NCBI GenBank assembly: GCA_043811535.1
Contig: JBDRNC010000027.1
Location: forward strand, 1-64,000
Source of the DNA: Elusimicrobiota bacterium
GTDB taxonomy: Bacteria > Elusimicrobiota > Endomicrobiia > Endomicrobiales > JBDRNC01
Length of the DNA stretch: 64,000 nucleotides
Direction of reading: 5' to 3'
Below are positions 1-11,949 of the stretch, one piece after another. Positions within the stretch are counted from its first letter, which is position 1. Each line of letters starts with the position of its first letter. The notes beneath the pieces were generated by a model. The model was not told where the DNA came from. It saw nothing but the letters and a program-made list of their open reading frames with translations, and did not search any database. The position numbers and the translations under genes are program-made.

Positions 1-32
1 AGTGGATCGAAAACTTGATGAAAGGAGTCATC

Positions 33-404
33 ATGAAGTTCATTCCCTTGAAACAGATTGGCGACCTTTACGGTCGCGGAAGTTATGTGGCAAAAGCGGT
101 CTTTGACGGCGAAGCAATCAAGCGGGAGTATCTCCCGCTAAGGCAGACGTTCTATAAGTCCGGAAACGTCTGCCAGCTTGAAATTAATCCCGCCGACTGT
201 AATCTTTCCATAAGGGATTATGTTGCGGTAAAACTGCTCTGGGGTAAGGCGAAGACGGGGACGTATAAGGACAGCAAGGGTGAGGAGAACAAGATCAAAG
301 AGACGTATTTTCAGATTACGTGCGATCCAAAAGAGGTCAAATCATTTTGGGACTGCCTAAAGAAAATCAAATTCAGCGAAGTCAAATCATTGATTAAAAA
401 GTAG
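33..404 (+). CDS. hypothetical protein of the accessory island
   Basis: Open frame with AAGGAG RBS ahead of the ATG at 33, followed by a terminator; no recognised domain. Confidence 0.6.
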   Translation: MKFIPLKQIGDLYGRGSYVAKAVFDGEAIKREYLPLRQTFYKSGNVCQLEINPADCNLSIRDYVAVKLLWGKAKTGTYKDSKGEENKIKETYFQITCDPKEVKSFWDCLKKIKFSEVKSLIKK

Positions 405-432
405 TATAATATTATTCAATATTATTCCCCCC

Positions 433-468
433 GCCCCTTTGGTTCCCCCAGCCAGAGGGGCCTTTTTT
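433..468 (+). terminator. intrinsic terminator between converging genes
   Basis: GCCCCTTTGG...CCAGAGGGGC stem followed by a T6 run. Confidence 0.7.
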
Positions 469-507
469 AAGAATATCAAATATTACTTATTCTCATATCC
501 ACGAATC

Positions 508-840
508 TCAGTTCGCACGGTACATTATTACATTTGCTTTTTCTAAAGTAATCAAACCTTCAAGAACCATTTCGTCAAGATATGGGATGAACTGATTGAT
601 TTTCTCCTCACTATCTACGATTTCAATTATTATAGGCAAGTCTTCCGAAAGACGCAATATTTTTGTGGTATGCATGTGGCTCTTACAACCAAAACCGACA
701 AAACCTTTTAAGGCAGTTGCCCCTGCCATACCCAGTTTGCGTGCTAGGACGATAATCTCCTCATACAAAGGCTTGCCGTGCCATCTATCCTGTTCGCCTA
801 TAAATATTCGTAATAACTTTCCATCCGATGGAATTTTCAT
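508..840 (-). CDS. DUF190 family protein (PII-like, CrcB-associated)
   Basis: LLRIFIGEQD..HGKPLYE, GATALKGFVGFG and LSEDLPIIIEIVD motifs. Confidence 0.92.
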   Translation of the reverse strand: MKIPSDGKLLRIFIGEQDRWHGKPLYEEIIVLARKLGMAGATALKGFVGFGCKSHMHTTKILRLSEDLPIIIEIVDSEEKINQFIPYLDEMVLEGLITLEKANVIMYRAN

Positions 841-857
841 TCATACCTCACTAGATA

Positions 858-1289
858 TTATTTCTTATGATCCTTTTTAACAACAATTACTGTACACTGC
901 GCATGATCTACTACACGGTCGGTTACTGAACCTAACAGCCATTTGCCAAGCTTGCTTCGTGTTTGATGGCCCATTACTATAACATCAAACCCGCCCTTTT
1001 CCGATTCATGTAGTATTTGGTCTTCAGCATGTCCGCTGACAATTCTTGTTGAAATTTTTATCCCTATTTCCTGCGCTTTCTTTTTGAGCTCTTTTAATAG
1101 GTTTTCATAATAAGTTGTGGAATTTTCCAATACGGCTTCGGTTTCTACCTCTGTCGGAGGTTCTGGAAGTTGTATGACAGATAACACATGAAGTTCAGAG
1201 CCATATGTTTTTGCCAAATCCAACGCAAAATTGAAAGCAGCATTTGCCTGTTCTCCGCCATTGTACGGCACAAGCATTTTCTTTATCAT
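858..1289 (-). CDS. universal stress protein
   Basis: KKMLVPY N-terminus and DVIVMG..LLGSVTDRVVDHAQCTVIVVK. Confidence 0.93.
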   Translation of the reverse strand: MIKKMLVPYNGGEQANAAFNFALDLAKTYGSELHVLSVIQLPEPPTEVETEAVLENSTTYYENLLKELKKKAQEIGIKISTRIVSGHAEDQILHESEKGGFDVIVMGHQTRSKLGKWLLGSVTDRVVDHAQCTVIVVKKDHKK

Positions 1290-1301
1290 GCCGACCCTCC
1301 C

Positions 1302-2501
1302 TTAGTTATTTTTAGGTTCAATTGTTTGTAAATCATCGGCAGTCATTTCATGGTCTTTAATAAGATGTTTCGGTAAATACCTGGCATTTGCTATAAGAGT
1401 CGGTATTACGGCGCTTCCTATTATCGCAGCCACAAGATATGAGTATTGAGACTGGTTGATAACCCCGTGAGTGATACCGAATAGCGCAGCAATACTGCCA
1501 AACGTAAGACCTGTTGACATCAAGAGCGTTGTATACTTCGCTTCCCCCTTAGGATATTTGTATGCTCTGGTAATTGGGTATACTCCAATCACTTTAGAAA
1601 TCATTTTAGCAAAAAACAGCGCCAAAAATATCAACGGAGCAGCGATGAGAGCGACTACCGAAACGAACGAGCCGGCCCGGATAAAATAAAATGGCGTAAG
1701 CAGGCCAAATGTGAGCGTTCTTAATCTGCGTATCAAAATATGGTCTTTGCCAACCGTACCGGCCAAAACCATGCCTATTATGTATGCGGGAAGTACCGCT
1801 TCACTGCCCGCCCAGACCGCCAAAGCGCCCATCCCAAAAAGCGAAAGCAGAAGATATTTTGCTTCCAACTCTGACGGACGGTTTCCGTATTTTCGGAAAA
1901 AGCGCGGTGTCAGCCAGGGAAGAATCGCAAAAACAACTATACCCACCGCGACAAAGATCAATGTACGCGCCGTAAAAGGTGAAAAGATAAGCCCCAGAGC
2001 GATTACGGTCGCAAGATCATTGATAAAACATGCGGCAAGCACTACTTTTCCGTAATCGGTCTTATTCAGGCCAAATTCAAGCATTACCGCATACACGACT
2101 GCGACTGATGTTGTGGAAAGAGCCACCCCGGTCAGCCAGCTGGCAGAGCTTGTCCAGTGAAGAACCCAGTAGGCAACTGCCGCACAGCCTAAGAAAGGGG
2201 CGGCAAAAGCGATGAGGCCAATTGCTGTTGCTTCTTTCCATCGTGCTTTAAACACTACAGGGTCCAATTCCGCACCCGCCAGGAAAGTCAAAACTATAGC
2301 GCCGGTTCCGGATAGGAATACTATCCATGACTCGTTAGTCCCCAGGACAGCTCCACCTATCAGTGCGCCTATTATAAGCTGTGCCACGGTTCCTACCACT
2401 ATCTCTGAAAGAGCAGTGGCTACCCTGAACCAAATCGACAAGAGCGTCGCAACAAGTGCGAGTCCAAGCCATAATGCCGCCAGCATCCAGACATTTGTCA
2501 T
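1302..2501 (-). CDS. cation:proton antiporter (CPA2 / Na_H_Exchanger family)
   Basis: Multi-TM protein with TFLAGAELD, ALSTTSVAVV and ACFINDL motifs. Confidence 0.9.
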   Translation of the reverse strand: MTNVWMLAALWLGLALVATLLSIWFRVATALSEIVVGTVAQLIIGALIGGAVLGTNESWIVFLSGTGAIVLTFLAGAELDPVVFKARWKEATAIGLIAFAAPFLGCAAVAYWVLHWTSSASWLTGVALSTTSVAVVYAVMLEFGLNKTDYGKVVLAACFINDLATVIALGLIFSPFTARTLIFVAVGIVVFAILPWLTPRFFRKYGNRPSELEAKYLLLSLFGMGALAVWAGSEAVLPAYIIGMVLAGTVGKDHILIRRLRTLTFGLLTPFYFIRAGSFVSVVALIAAPLIFLALFFAKMISKVIGVYPITRAYKYPKGEAKYTTLLMSTGLTFGSIAALFGITHGVINQSQYSYLVAAIIGSAVIPTLIANARYLPKHLIKDHEMTADDLQTIEPKNN

Positions 2502-2518
2502 CTAAAACCTCTAAGATA

Positions 2519-2893
2519 TTATATTATTTCCGCGGCTAAAATACCAATCCTGAACAGTATAAGGCCTGCAACTACGCTAATTGCAAGATTCATAAATGCC
2601 CGCAACATTTCACCATCCCTAACAAGGTTATTTGTTTCAAGGATGAGTGTAGAAAAAGTTGTAAATGCGCCGCAAAACCCTATCATAAGCATTGTACGCA
2701 CATTGCTTCCCATTAAAAACTTCTCTTCAGCCATGGTAGATAAAAAACCGATAGTGAAACAACCCAACAGATTAACAACCAGCGTTCCATAAGGGAAAGA
2801 TGTTCCGAAAACACTGTAAACAAAACCTCCCAAAAGATACCGCGAAACCGTACCAACTGAGCCTCCTATTACAAGCTCAACGTACTTTGCCAT
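2519..2893 (-). CDS. crcB: fluoride channel CrcB/Fluc
   Basis: GGSVGTVSRY, FPYGTLVVNLLGCF and GFCGAFTTFST signatures. Confidence 0.97.
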   Translation of the reverse strand: MAKYVELVIGGSVGTVSRYLLGGFVYSVFGTSFPYGTLVVNLLGCFTIGFLSTMAEEKFLMGSNVRTMLMIGFCGAFTTFSTLILETNNLVRDGEMLRAFMNLAISVVAGLILFRIGILAAEII

Positions 2894-2926
2894 GTAATTG
2901 ACCCTCGTCCTGAAGTTTATATATTA

Positions 2927-3526
2927 CTATTTAGAATAATTCCATTGCGCAAAATATCTGTTCATTTCCTGCGTCATTCCAATCGGCAGGTGTCCGTACA
3001 ATATAGTTAACTGTTTTTCCGCTTCTTGTTTGGATTCTCCATCGACAGCAACCCTCCACATCGCAGCGACAAGCCCGGTTCTGTCGGCGCCGTACCGGCA
3101 GTGTATCAATAAAGGACGCGGAGCAGATTTAAATATTTCCAATATTTCTCTGGTTTCCTCTTCCGTCGGTTTGTTGATTGCCGATAATTGCACATCATAA
3201 TGTGTAACACCCAAAGAAGAGCAGATTGCTATTTCGTCTTCGTACCATTTTTCATTCAAATTCTTACCGCGAAGGTTTAATACACTTCTTAAGGAATACT
3301 GTTTAATATATTTTTCAAACTGTTTTTTATTCAGTTGTGCGGATCTATACGCTTCACCCGGCGTTATAGCGTGAAAGTTAATTACTAATTCCATCAAAAC
3401 AAAGTAACTTATAGACGATAAATACAATAGGATACATACAAGAAGCAGAACTCTAATTTTTCGACTGGTCTTACTATAATATATTTTAAATGATTTCACG
3501 AAATTCCTCTTATTGACTATCTTCAA
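2927..3526 (-). CDS. Cys-based (dual-specificity/tyrosine) phosphatase family protein with N-terminal membrane anchor
   Basis: YRSAQL, VLNLRG and the HCxxGxDRTG P-loop (HCRYGADRTG). Confidence 0.85.
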   Translation of the reverse strand: MKIVNKRNFVKSFKIYYSKTSRKIRVLLLVCILLYLSSISYFVLMELVINFHAITPGEAYRSAQLNKKQFEKYIKQYSLRSVLNLRGKNLNEKWYEDEIAICSSLGVTHYDVQLSAINKPTEEETREILEIFKSAPRPLLIHCRYGADRTGLVAAMWRVAVDGESKQEAEKQLTILYGHLPIGMTQEMNRYFAQWNYSK

Positions 3527-3854
3527 TGCCTTCCGATTGTTTTTCTATTATCTTTAACAATTCCAAAGCTTCTTTGTTTTCTGAATTCTGCGCTACTGTC
3601 TTTAAGGCCCACTCTTTTGCTTCATTCACATTGTTCAACTTATAAAGGCACCATGCCAAATGTATTTTGAACTTCGGCTCAAAAGGATTAAGCCATACAG
3701 CCTTTCTAAATTCTCCTTCTGCTATTGAATACGCGCCCCTGTTAAATGTGCACACGCCGATGGCGGCATGATCGTATCCTAGGCGATGATGCGGACGCAG
3801 AAACTCCTCAAAACGCTCTTTTTTGCTCTTCCACGGCCGTTTTTTCTTAAGCAT
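3510..3854 (-). CDS. small TPR protein
   Basis: TPR-like pattern AEGEFRKAVWLNP...LAWCLYKL; GAGG RBS before ATG 3854. Confidence 0.75.
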   Translation of the reverse strand: MLKKKRPWKSKKERFEEFLRPHHRLGYDHAAIGVCTFNRGAYSIAEGEFRKAVWLNPFEPKFKIHLAWCLYKLNNVNEAKEWALKTVAQNSENKEALELLKIIEKQSEGIEDSQ

Positions 3855-3895
3855 GGAAATCCTCACGGGGCGCTAAATTTCTTCTTATATATCCC

Positions 3896-4096
3896 TCAAT
3901 GCAGGATTATCGCTGCAAAGATCCCTAAAACAATAAACACGATAAAGGCAAAAACGGCTGATTCAAATGCTAATTTCAAAGGTTCTTTCTTGCCGGCATA
4001 ATGACGGGTATATTCTCCGTAAACAATCAAGAACGCCGCGAGCGCCGCAATAGCGCTAAAAATTAAATCTAAAAATATATAACCCTTTATTGACAA
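3896..4096 (-). CDS. small two-helix membrane protein
   Basis: Two hydrophobic segments; tightly packed within the operon. Confidence 0.65.
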   Translation of the reverse strand: MSIKGYIFLDLIFSAIAALAAFLIVYGEYTRHYAGKKEPLKLAFESAVFAFIVFIVLGIFAAIILH

Positions 4097-4109
4097 CGAA
4101 TATCACCGT

Positions 4110-5303
4110 TTATGACTTCACTTTTCTTAACATAAAAAACAGCATCCCTGATGAAAGAATTGCAAGAAAACCGGCAATACCAAATCCAATATTGGGCGAT
4201 AGATATGTCCAAAGCAACCCTATTGTAACACTTGACAGGAAATCCCCCACCCCGTCAACAGCGCTCATTACGCCGTATCCCGCTCCCCGCTGGTTTTCCG
4301 AAATCAAAAATGAAGCAAGCGCCGGCTGGGATGATTCTATAATAGCAGTGTAGATACCGCTCAAGGCAAACAAAATAATCAGGATCCATTTTTGTTCATC
4401 CGCAAGGATAAACCCCAGACAAAGCAATCCGAAAATCATGTAACCAATGCTTAAGATTGTTTTTTTGTTATATTTGTCTGCTAAAACACCGATGGGATAG
4501 GCAACCAGAGCATAGACTATATTGCTCCATGTATATAGTCCTACCGCAAATACTCCTGCGGCAATACCGCCAAGCGTGGGTGCCATCAACTGCTGGGCAC
4601 GGAGGATAAGCAACGTGGGCGCAAAGTTAGATATCCCGAATAATCCCACGGGAATCAGGAAACGGACAAAATCCGGTGAAAGGTTCCCGATGCTTTGCCA
4701 CACGTTATGCGGAGAGGGTATCTTTGCTTTTTCCTTAACGAGGAATGCAATAGAGAAAAACGCCAGCAGTCCCGGAACCAAAGACACAAGAAAAATAGAA
4801 CGAATTGGTACGCGAGAAAGCAGCAACATGGCGATAAGGGGGCCTAAAATCGCTCCCAATGTGTCCATGGTGCGGTGAAAAGCAAATACACGGCCTACGG
4901 TTGCCGGCGTGGTTGATTCCACAAGCAAGGCGTCGCGTGTAGGGGAGCGTACAGCCCATCCTATCCAGCCTGCGGTACGCCCGAATAGAACATGCCACCA
5001 GTTAGTGGCAATCGCAAAACTCGCTTTGCTGAATGCCGTAATAATATAGCCGATAGTTGCCAGCCCTTTCCGCTTACCGATTTTGTCGCTATACCACCCT
5101 GACCATATTTCAAATAGTGTAGATACTCCATCAGCAACGCCTTCAATAACACCTAAGGCAAAAGCCGGTGCTCCTAATACGGAAGCCAGGAACATAGGCA
5201 AAACCGCAGTAGCCATTTCATGATTCATATCACTGAAAAGACTGGCAAGCCCCATCCCTAGAATATTTTTATTGAGCCATTTTGTTTTAACTTTATCGGG
5301 CAT
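4110..5303 (-). CDS. MFS transporter
   Basis: GWYSDKIGKRK motif A, RSPTRDALL, FHRTMDTLGA; about 12 TM segments. Confidence 0.93.
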   Translation of the reverse strand: MPDKVKTKWLNKNILGMGLASLFSDMNHEMATAVLPMFLASVLGAPAFALGVIEGVADGVSTLFEIWSGWYSDKIGKRKGLATIGYIITAFSKASFAIATNWWHVLFGRTAGWIGWAVRSPTRDALLVESTTPATVGRVFAFHRTMDTLGAILGPLIAMLLLSRVPIRSIFLVSLVPGLLAFFSIAFLVKEKAKIPSPHNVWQSIGNLSPDFVRFLIPVGLFGISNFAPTLLILRAQQLMAPTLGGIAAGVFAVGLYTWSNIVYALVAYPIGVLADKYNKKTILSIGYMIFGLLCLGFILADEQKWILIILFALSGIYTAIIESSQPALASFLISENQRGAGYGVMSAVDGVGDFLSSVTIGLLWTYLSPNIGFGIAGFLAILSSGMLFFMLRKVKS

Positions 5304-5323
5304 AAATTCCTATAATGAGCCGA

Positions 5324-7258
<1,935 letters not shown>

Positions 7259-7262
<4 letters not shown>

Positions 7263-8917
7263 ATTGTTATTGCGTCTATCTCAGAAATTGCTTTCTCTAT
7301 CTTGTTTAATTTGTCCGGAGCTTTATTCAATATGTTTTCAACGGTACTCATTTCATCCTGAATAAACACTTCCGTCTGACGCGCAATTTGGTCGATTGAT
7401 TGAGAGATTGCATCATGCCACTGTGCGGCCAACCGGTACAGATTCTTTTCTACTTCCCAGTTTATCAAACGAAGAAAATGACGTTTTATCAATGGCCGAA
7501 ACAACCACATGGGAATAATTAAATTAAATATCTCCCATGAAAACATAAATATATTCCCTATCCGCACATCCGGTTGTTTTGGCTTTTCAATTTGGATATC
7601 AAAAGTCGTTCCTGAATATTTCGTATGAAGGGCTTCTTCGATATCGTGTGCCATCCTATCCTGAAAGGCAAGGGTGATACGGGAGAAACTATCAATTGCA
7701 GAATGCAAGTGATTATCGAATAACATTAAACCATTTTCCGCAGAGACTATCTCAAGATGCTTGATTAAATTTGTTTCTGCCCATTTGTCGAATCTTTCGG
7801 ATGTCTTAATAAAACTCCCTTTCCATAGAGGTATTTCCTGCTCCAATTCAATGACAAGCTTATTCTTCACGGCTTGATATTTGTCTTGAAATCTTTTGGA
7901 CAAATCTGCCTGCGCACGAGCTTTCATGTCGGCGGCTATAAGCCGTATTTCCTTTTTAACAGCCGGAAAACGCTGCCGCTCTACAGATAGGAGGTGGGAC
8001 AACCGTTGCCGGGATTCCCGCGCTGAGTGGGATGCCGACAAGGCAAACAGGAGATATTCGCGGCATTTTAAAAGAATTGAGCGGAATTTATGATTAATTA
8101 TTTCACTGGATTTATGCGCATGATCTCCCGCGATGGTTTGTCTGATAAACCCATAAACCGTCTGGCGTATTGGCTCAAAACCGGGCTTGTTCGAGAAAGG
8201 CAATACACACACTTCTCTCTTAAGATATTTTCTTATTTGCTCGCGAATGAATTCAGCCACCTCATCCGCTTCTTTCCGAGAAACAAGGTCGGTTTTAGTG
8301 AGGAGAATGATTATTTCCGAAGTATAGTTATCCAGCTCTTTAAACAACAGCATATCTGCTTCGGAAAACGGATTTGTAACACTTACCGTGAGAAACGCCG
8401 CTCCCGCCCTTGGCAACCAACCGGCAGAAGTCAGAGTGTTATGTATATACGCGCTGCCAAACCCCGGAGTGTCTACAAACCGTATGCCTTTGTATTCCTC
8501 AAGAGAGGTCAGTTCAACATCCATTCCGTCAACTTGCTTAACATTGTTCGGATTGCGTTCTTCGGTAATGTAATCGGCAAGCTCATGCAGCGAAACATTT
8601 TGTATTTGCCCGTTAAGCAGTTTCGCTGTTGCTTTGTTTTCAGTCCCATACTGTACATATGTGATAACAGAAGTAAGCGGCAAAACAGAAACAGGCATGA
8701 CGTCTCTTCCGATGAGGCTGTTGAGGAATGAGCTTTTACCGGCCTTGAAACTGCCCACCAGGGCAATATTTATGAGGCCGCTTTGTTCAAGAGTTTCACT
8801 GAGAGCGGCAATCTGCGCTTTCATTGAATCTATATGGAAATCTTCGCAAATGCGATTAACTTGTTCCACATAGCTTTTATATTGTAAATTAGATTCGCAG
8901 CTTTGTTGGATTGACAT
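7259..8917 (-). CDS. bacterial dynamin-like GTPase
   Basis: G1 GSFKAGKS, P-L-T G2, DTPG G3, TKTD G4, followed by a long helical stalk. Confidence 0.9.
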
Positions 8918-8944
8918 AAAAACGCCTTAAATTTTAATAAGAAT

Positions 8945-8980
8945 AAAAAAGCCCTATCAAGACTTTGCCTTGAGTAGGGG
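8945..8980 (-). terminator. intrinsic terminator of the riboswitch expression platform
   Basis: Minus strand CCCTACTCAAGGC-AAA-GTCTTGATAGGG-C-TTTTTT. Confidence 0.8.
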
Positions 8981-9006
8981 TTTATAAAATACCCCTACCG
9001 CATTCG

Positions 9007-9062
9007 GTAGAGGTCATTAATCCTAAACATCAGGATGGTTATACGGCGAACCTCATCGCCTT
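9007..9062 (-). ncRNA. fluoride (crcB) riboswitch
   Basis: Minus strand GGCGATGAGGTTCGCC-GTATAACC-ATCCTGATGTTTAGGAT-TAATGACCTCTAC fits the fluoride aptamer (P1, GAGG/CCTC pseudoknot, P2, TAATGAC..CTAC); lies upstream of an operon containing crcB and eno. Confidence 0.95.
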
Positions 9063-9076
9063 AAATTCTTTAAATG

Positions 9077-9105
9077 ATAATATCAAAAACACGCATTGAA
9101 GTCAA
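9077..9105 (-). promoter_or_regulatory. sigma70 promoter of the fluoride operon
   Basis: TTGACT-17 bp-TATTAT with extended -10 TG, about 15 nt upstream of the aptamer. Confidence 0.75.
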
Positions 9106-9238
9106 CTATCGTACAGCATAGCTCATTTCCTCGCCGCTCCTTTTCTTGCCTTTGACGCAACAGACCACGGCACAGGGCAATGCCCTGCGATTTTATCCTT
9201 TCAGGATACCACCCCTCAAATTCTTACGCTCCAATCCG

Positions 9239-9305
9239 CTATTTATCCTTCCCTCGTCGGCAGAAGTATTCGCCAGGACGAGTGAACATAAACCGCTACT
9301 TTCCG
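9239..9305. repeat. structured repeat family 1, copy a
   Basis: Similar to 9681-9747; stem CTCGTC/GACGAG. Confidence 0.8.
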
Positions 9306-9334
9306 CTGAATTTTCCGGCCTAAATCTTTCCCTT

Positions 9335-9526
9335 TCCCCCGCCCCTCTCTGGATTACAGCCTTGCAGTGCGTCGCCCAAGAGAATCCCCAGGACATATCG
9401 GGGATACTCTTTCAGGAATCCCTTTCCGTCCTCATAGCTTCGGACTACAAGGTATTCCTGTTCGGCGACCGGCTTCCAGCCGCAGCTTCGGCAAAAATCC
9501 ATCTCTCCCGCTCCCCGAGAGATAAC
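9335..9526. repeat. structured repeat family 2, copy a
   Basis: Direct repeat of 10974-11135; multi-hairpin. Confidence 0.9.
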
Positions 9527-9680
9527 GATACAACTACTTAAACACTGCAACAAAAAGGGAAATTACCATTTCCCCACCGTTATTTTGTCCCCGTCAACGC
9601 CTTCGTCCGGAGTGCGAGTCAACGACTCGCAAAGTTGGTCTGCGACCACCACCGTTTGAATCCTACACTTTTCAAAAAGC

Positions 9681-9747
9681 CTATTTATCCTTCTCGCGTC
9701 GGCAGGGCATACCGCCATGACGCGCGAACATAAACCGGCTTTTTCCG
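9681..9747. repeat. structured repeat family 1, copy b
   Basis: Similar to 9239-9305; stem CGCGTC/GACGCG. Confidence 0.8.
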
Positions 9748-9953
9748 TTTCAGATCACTGCACGGTTACTTTTTCCCGATATTATCGGGGGCGGCAAGAT
9801 TCAGTTTGCCTCATAGCAACCGAGTTTACCTGAACATGCCTAACTCCGAATTGACTGCGGCGACTACATGCCGGGGACGAAAACCCTTTGGGCTGTTTAG
9901 CGGTGGGCAAATGGTTTGACTCGCCGAAATCTAACAAGAAAGGAGCGTAACAG

Positions 9954-10310
9954 ATGGACATTATTTCTGTTTACACGAAGAAGGAAGCAGTTGAGGACGG
10001 TTCGCAGATGTTGGTTTCAGACCTTGCGAAAGAGCAGGGGTTTAATGTGCCGGTGTATATAACTTCCGGCGTCGTGGAGTATTGCAATCCCCCTGAAGGT
10101 CTTGAGGGTGTACAAGATTTTAAGGGCAGGCTTTGGGATGTTTTGACGCTTGCCCGCATGGAAGCCTTGAGGATGAAGAAAGAAGAAGATTACTTCGGCA
10201 AGTTTACTGTATCTTTTCTTATGAAGAATGAAGTTACAAATGATGTTTCGTTGTTTATTGTTTTTAACGAGCACGAAGGGTTCACAATCATGCTTCCGGA
10301 TGAATATTAA
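9954..10310 (+). CDS. DUF6573 family protein (mobile-element associated)
   Basis: YTKKEAVEDG...GF..PVYITSGV...QDFKGRLWDVL pattern; AAGGAG RBS. Confidence 0.75.
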   Translation: MDIISVYTKKEAVEDGSQMLVSDLAKEQGFNVPVYITSGVVEYCNPPEGLEGVQDFKGRLWDVLTLARMEALRMKKEEDYFGKFTVSFLMKNEVTNDVSLFIVFNEHEGFTIMLPDEY

Positions 10311-10505
10311 AGGAAAAGGGGTTAATCATGTATAGATTTTTAAGTTTTGAATACGGTTGGATGCATACCTGTTACAGCCCGAAGGAGATTGCAGGATTTA
10401 ACTGTTTTGACGCATTCGACAATGGCGGTAATTCAATCGTAGTTTCCTCGGATAATGTTGATTTTAAGTCGTTTGAATATGAAAACCTATAAGGGGATAT
10501 GTAAA

Positions 10506-10922
10506 ATGTTTGTAAAATCCAATTGCAGGGAGCCGTTAACCAAGCCGAGCGATGTTGTAGGTATTTTAAGAGAGAATTTGAAAAGGGAGTACAGGACGGA
10601 CAGGGACAAGGAACACTTCTGGATTATTGCCACGGACGGACGCAATAAAATCAAGTATATCGAATTAGTGTCTTTGGGGACTATGAACGCTTCGCTGGTT
10701 CACCCCCGGGAAGTATTCAGGACTGCCATTTTCAGAGCAACGGCAGGGATTATCTTAGGGCACAATCATCCGTCCGGCGACTGCACGCCTTCCGAAGACG
10801 ATATAGAGATAACACAGAGGCTCGTTGAAGCCGGTAAAATCATCGGAATCGAGGTTTTAGATCACGTTATCATAAACATTAAGAACGATTACATGAGTTT
10901 CAAGGAAAAGGGATTGATTTAA
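10506..10922 (+). CDS. RadC-like JAB-domain protein
   Basis: KEHF, SLVHPREVF, HNHPSGDCTPSEDD, VLDHVII; JAB domain only. Confidence 0.93.
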   Translation: MFVKSNCREPLTKPSDVVGILRENLKREYRTDRDKEHFWIIATDGRNKIKYIELVSLGTMNASLVHPREVFRTAIFRATAGIILGHNHPSGDCTPSEDDIEITQRLVEAGKIIGIEVLDHVIINIKNDYMSFKEKGLI

Positions 10923-10973
10923 CGGTAATGCTGGCGGCTTTCGCAACTGCGGAAGTCGTTTCCTTCCCTCAAA

Positions 10974-11135
10974 TCCCCCACCCCTCTCTGGACTATAGCC
11001 TTGCAGTACGTCGCCAAAGAGATTCCCCAGGACATATCGGGGATACTCTTTCAGGAAGCAAGGATTCCTGTTCGGCGACCGGCTTTCAGCCGCAGCTACG
11101 GCTAAAATCCATCTCTCCCATCCCCGAGAGATAAC
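10974..11135. repeat. structured repeat family 2, copy b
   Basis: Direct repeat of 9335-9526 with an internal hairpin shortened. Confidence 0.9.
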
Positions 11136-11264
11136 ATATTTCCACCTATCTTAATATACATATATCTGGATATACAAAGGGCTTTTCTCACCGCAATTGT
11201 CCTTGATTTTGCGGTTTTTTAGTGATACAATTCATCTAAGGGATGCAAAATAGTAGGGGGGTCG

Positions 11265-11687
11265 TTGTTACCTAAAATTCCGTGGTGGATCTTCGCAACA
11301 GTATTTCTAGTATTCGCGGCAGAAGCCCTGTTCCATAAACTCGGTTTGAAGGCTGTAGATACTGCGGACTGTCTTTTCGTTCTTTTGATATTCGCAATAG
11401 GATATGCCATATACTACACTATTTGCTTCAGAAGGCGATATCCGGTCATACTTTACGTCGTCGGCCTTCTTGACGTAATATATATCCTTTCGTTTCTCCC
11501 CTCTTTTTCCCCTCTTAGGAACTTCATATTCGTTAATATCTTCCGTCACCAAGACGTGGCCCTGATTAACCTATATCTGCTCGTCGCGCTCCCAATCATA
11601 TTCATCGGCCTTTATTTTATGGTTCTGCTAATACAGTTTGTCTATTTTAGGTTGCTAAAAAGAGAAATCCTTGAGAAAAAAGTTTAA
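11265..11687 (+). CDS. hypothetical membrane protein
   Basis: Four hydrophobic segments; overlaps the next gene. Confidence 0.6.
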   Translation: MLPKIPWWIFATVFLVFAAEALFHKLGLKAVDTADCLFVLLIFAIGYAIYYTICFRRRYPVILYVVGLLDVIYILSFLPSFSPLRNFIFVNIFRHQDVALINLYLLVALPIIFIGLYFMVLLIQFVYFRLLKREILEKKV

Positions 11688-11946
11688 AATCATCATTAGA
11701 GATTTCAAGCGGGAACTGAAGGTATATCGACTGGTCGCAAAGGACCAGCGCACTCCTCTCCTTTCAAAAGTCTTGCTGGGTGTCGCGGTGGCCTACGCTC
11801 TTTCTCCAATAGATATCATACCGGATTTTATTCCGATTATCGGACAACTCGATGACCTTATTATTGTACCGCTGCTGGTTATGATCGCGCTTAAAATGGT
11901 ACCAAAGGAAGTTATTGAAGATTGCAGGCACAAAGTAGCGGGATAA
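11671..11946 (+). CDS. DUF1232/YkvA family protein
   Basis: YALSPIDIIPDFIPIIGQLDD signature. Confidence 0.9.
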   Translation: MRKKFKIIIRDFKRELKVYRLVAKDQRTPLLSKVLLGVAVAYALSPIDIIPDFIPIIGQLDDLIIVPLLVMIALKMVPKEVIEDCRHKVAG

Positions 11947-11949
11947 TAC

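Noticed and set aside
9146..9553. ORFs 9146-9541, 9193-9396, 9320-9553 (and 10928-11134)
   Set aside because: They overlie the structured repeats, lack an RBS or protein motifs, and the frame is not conserved between repeat copies
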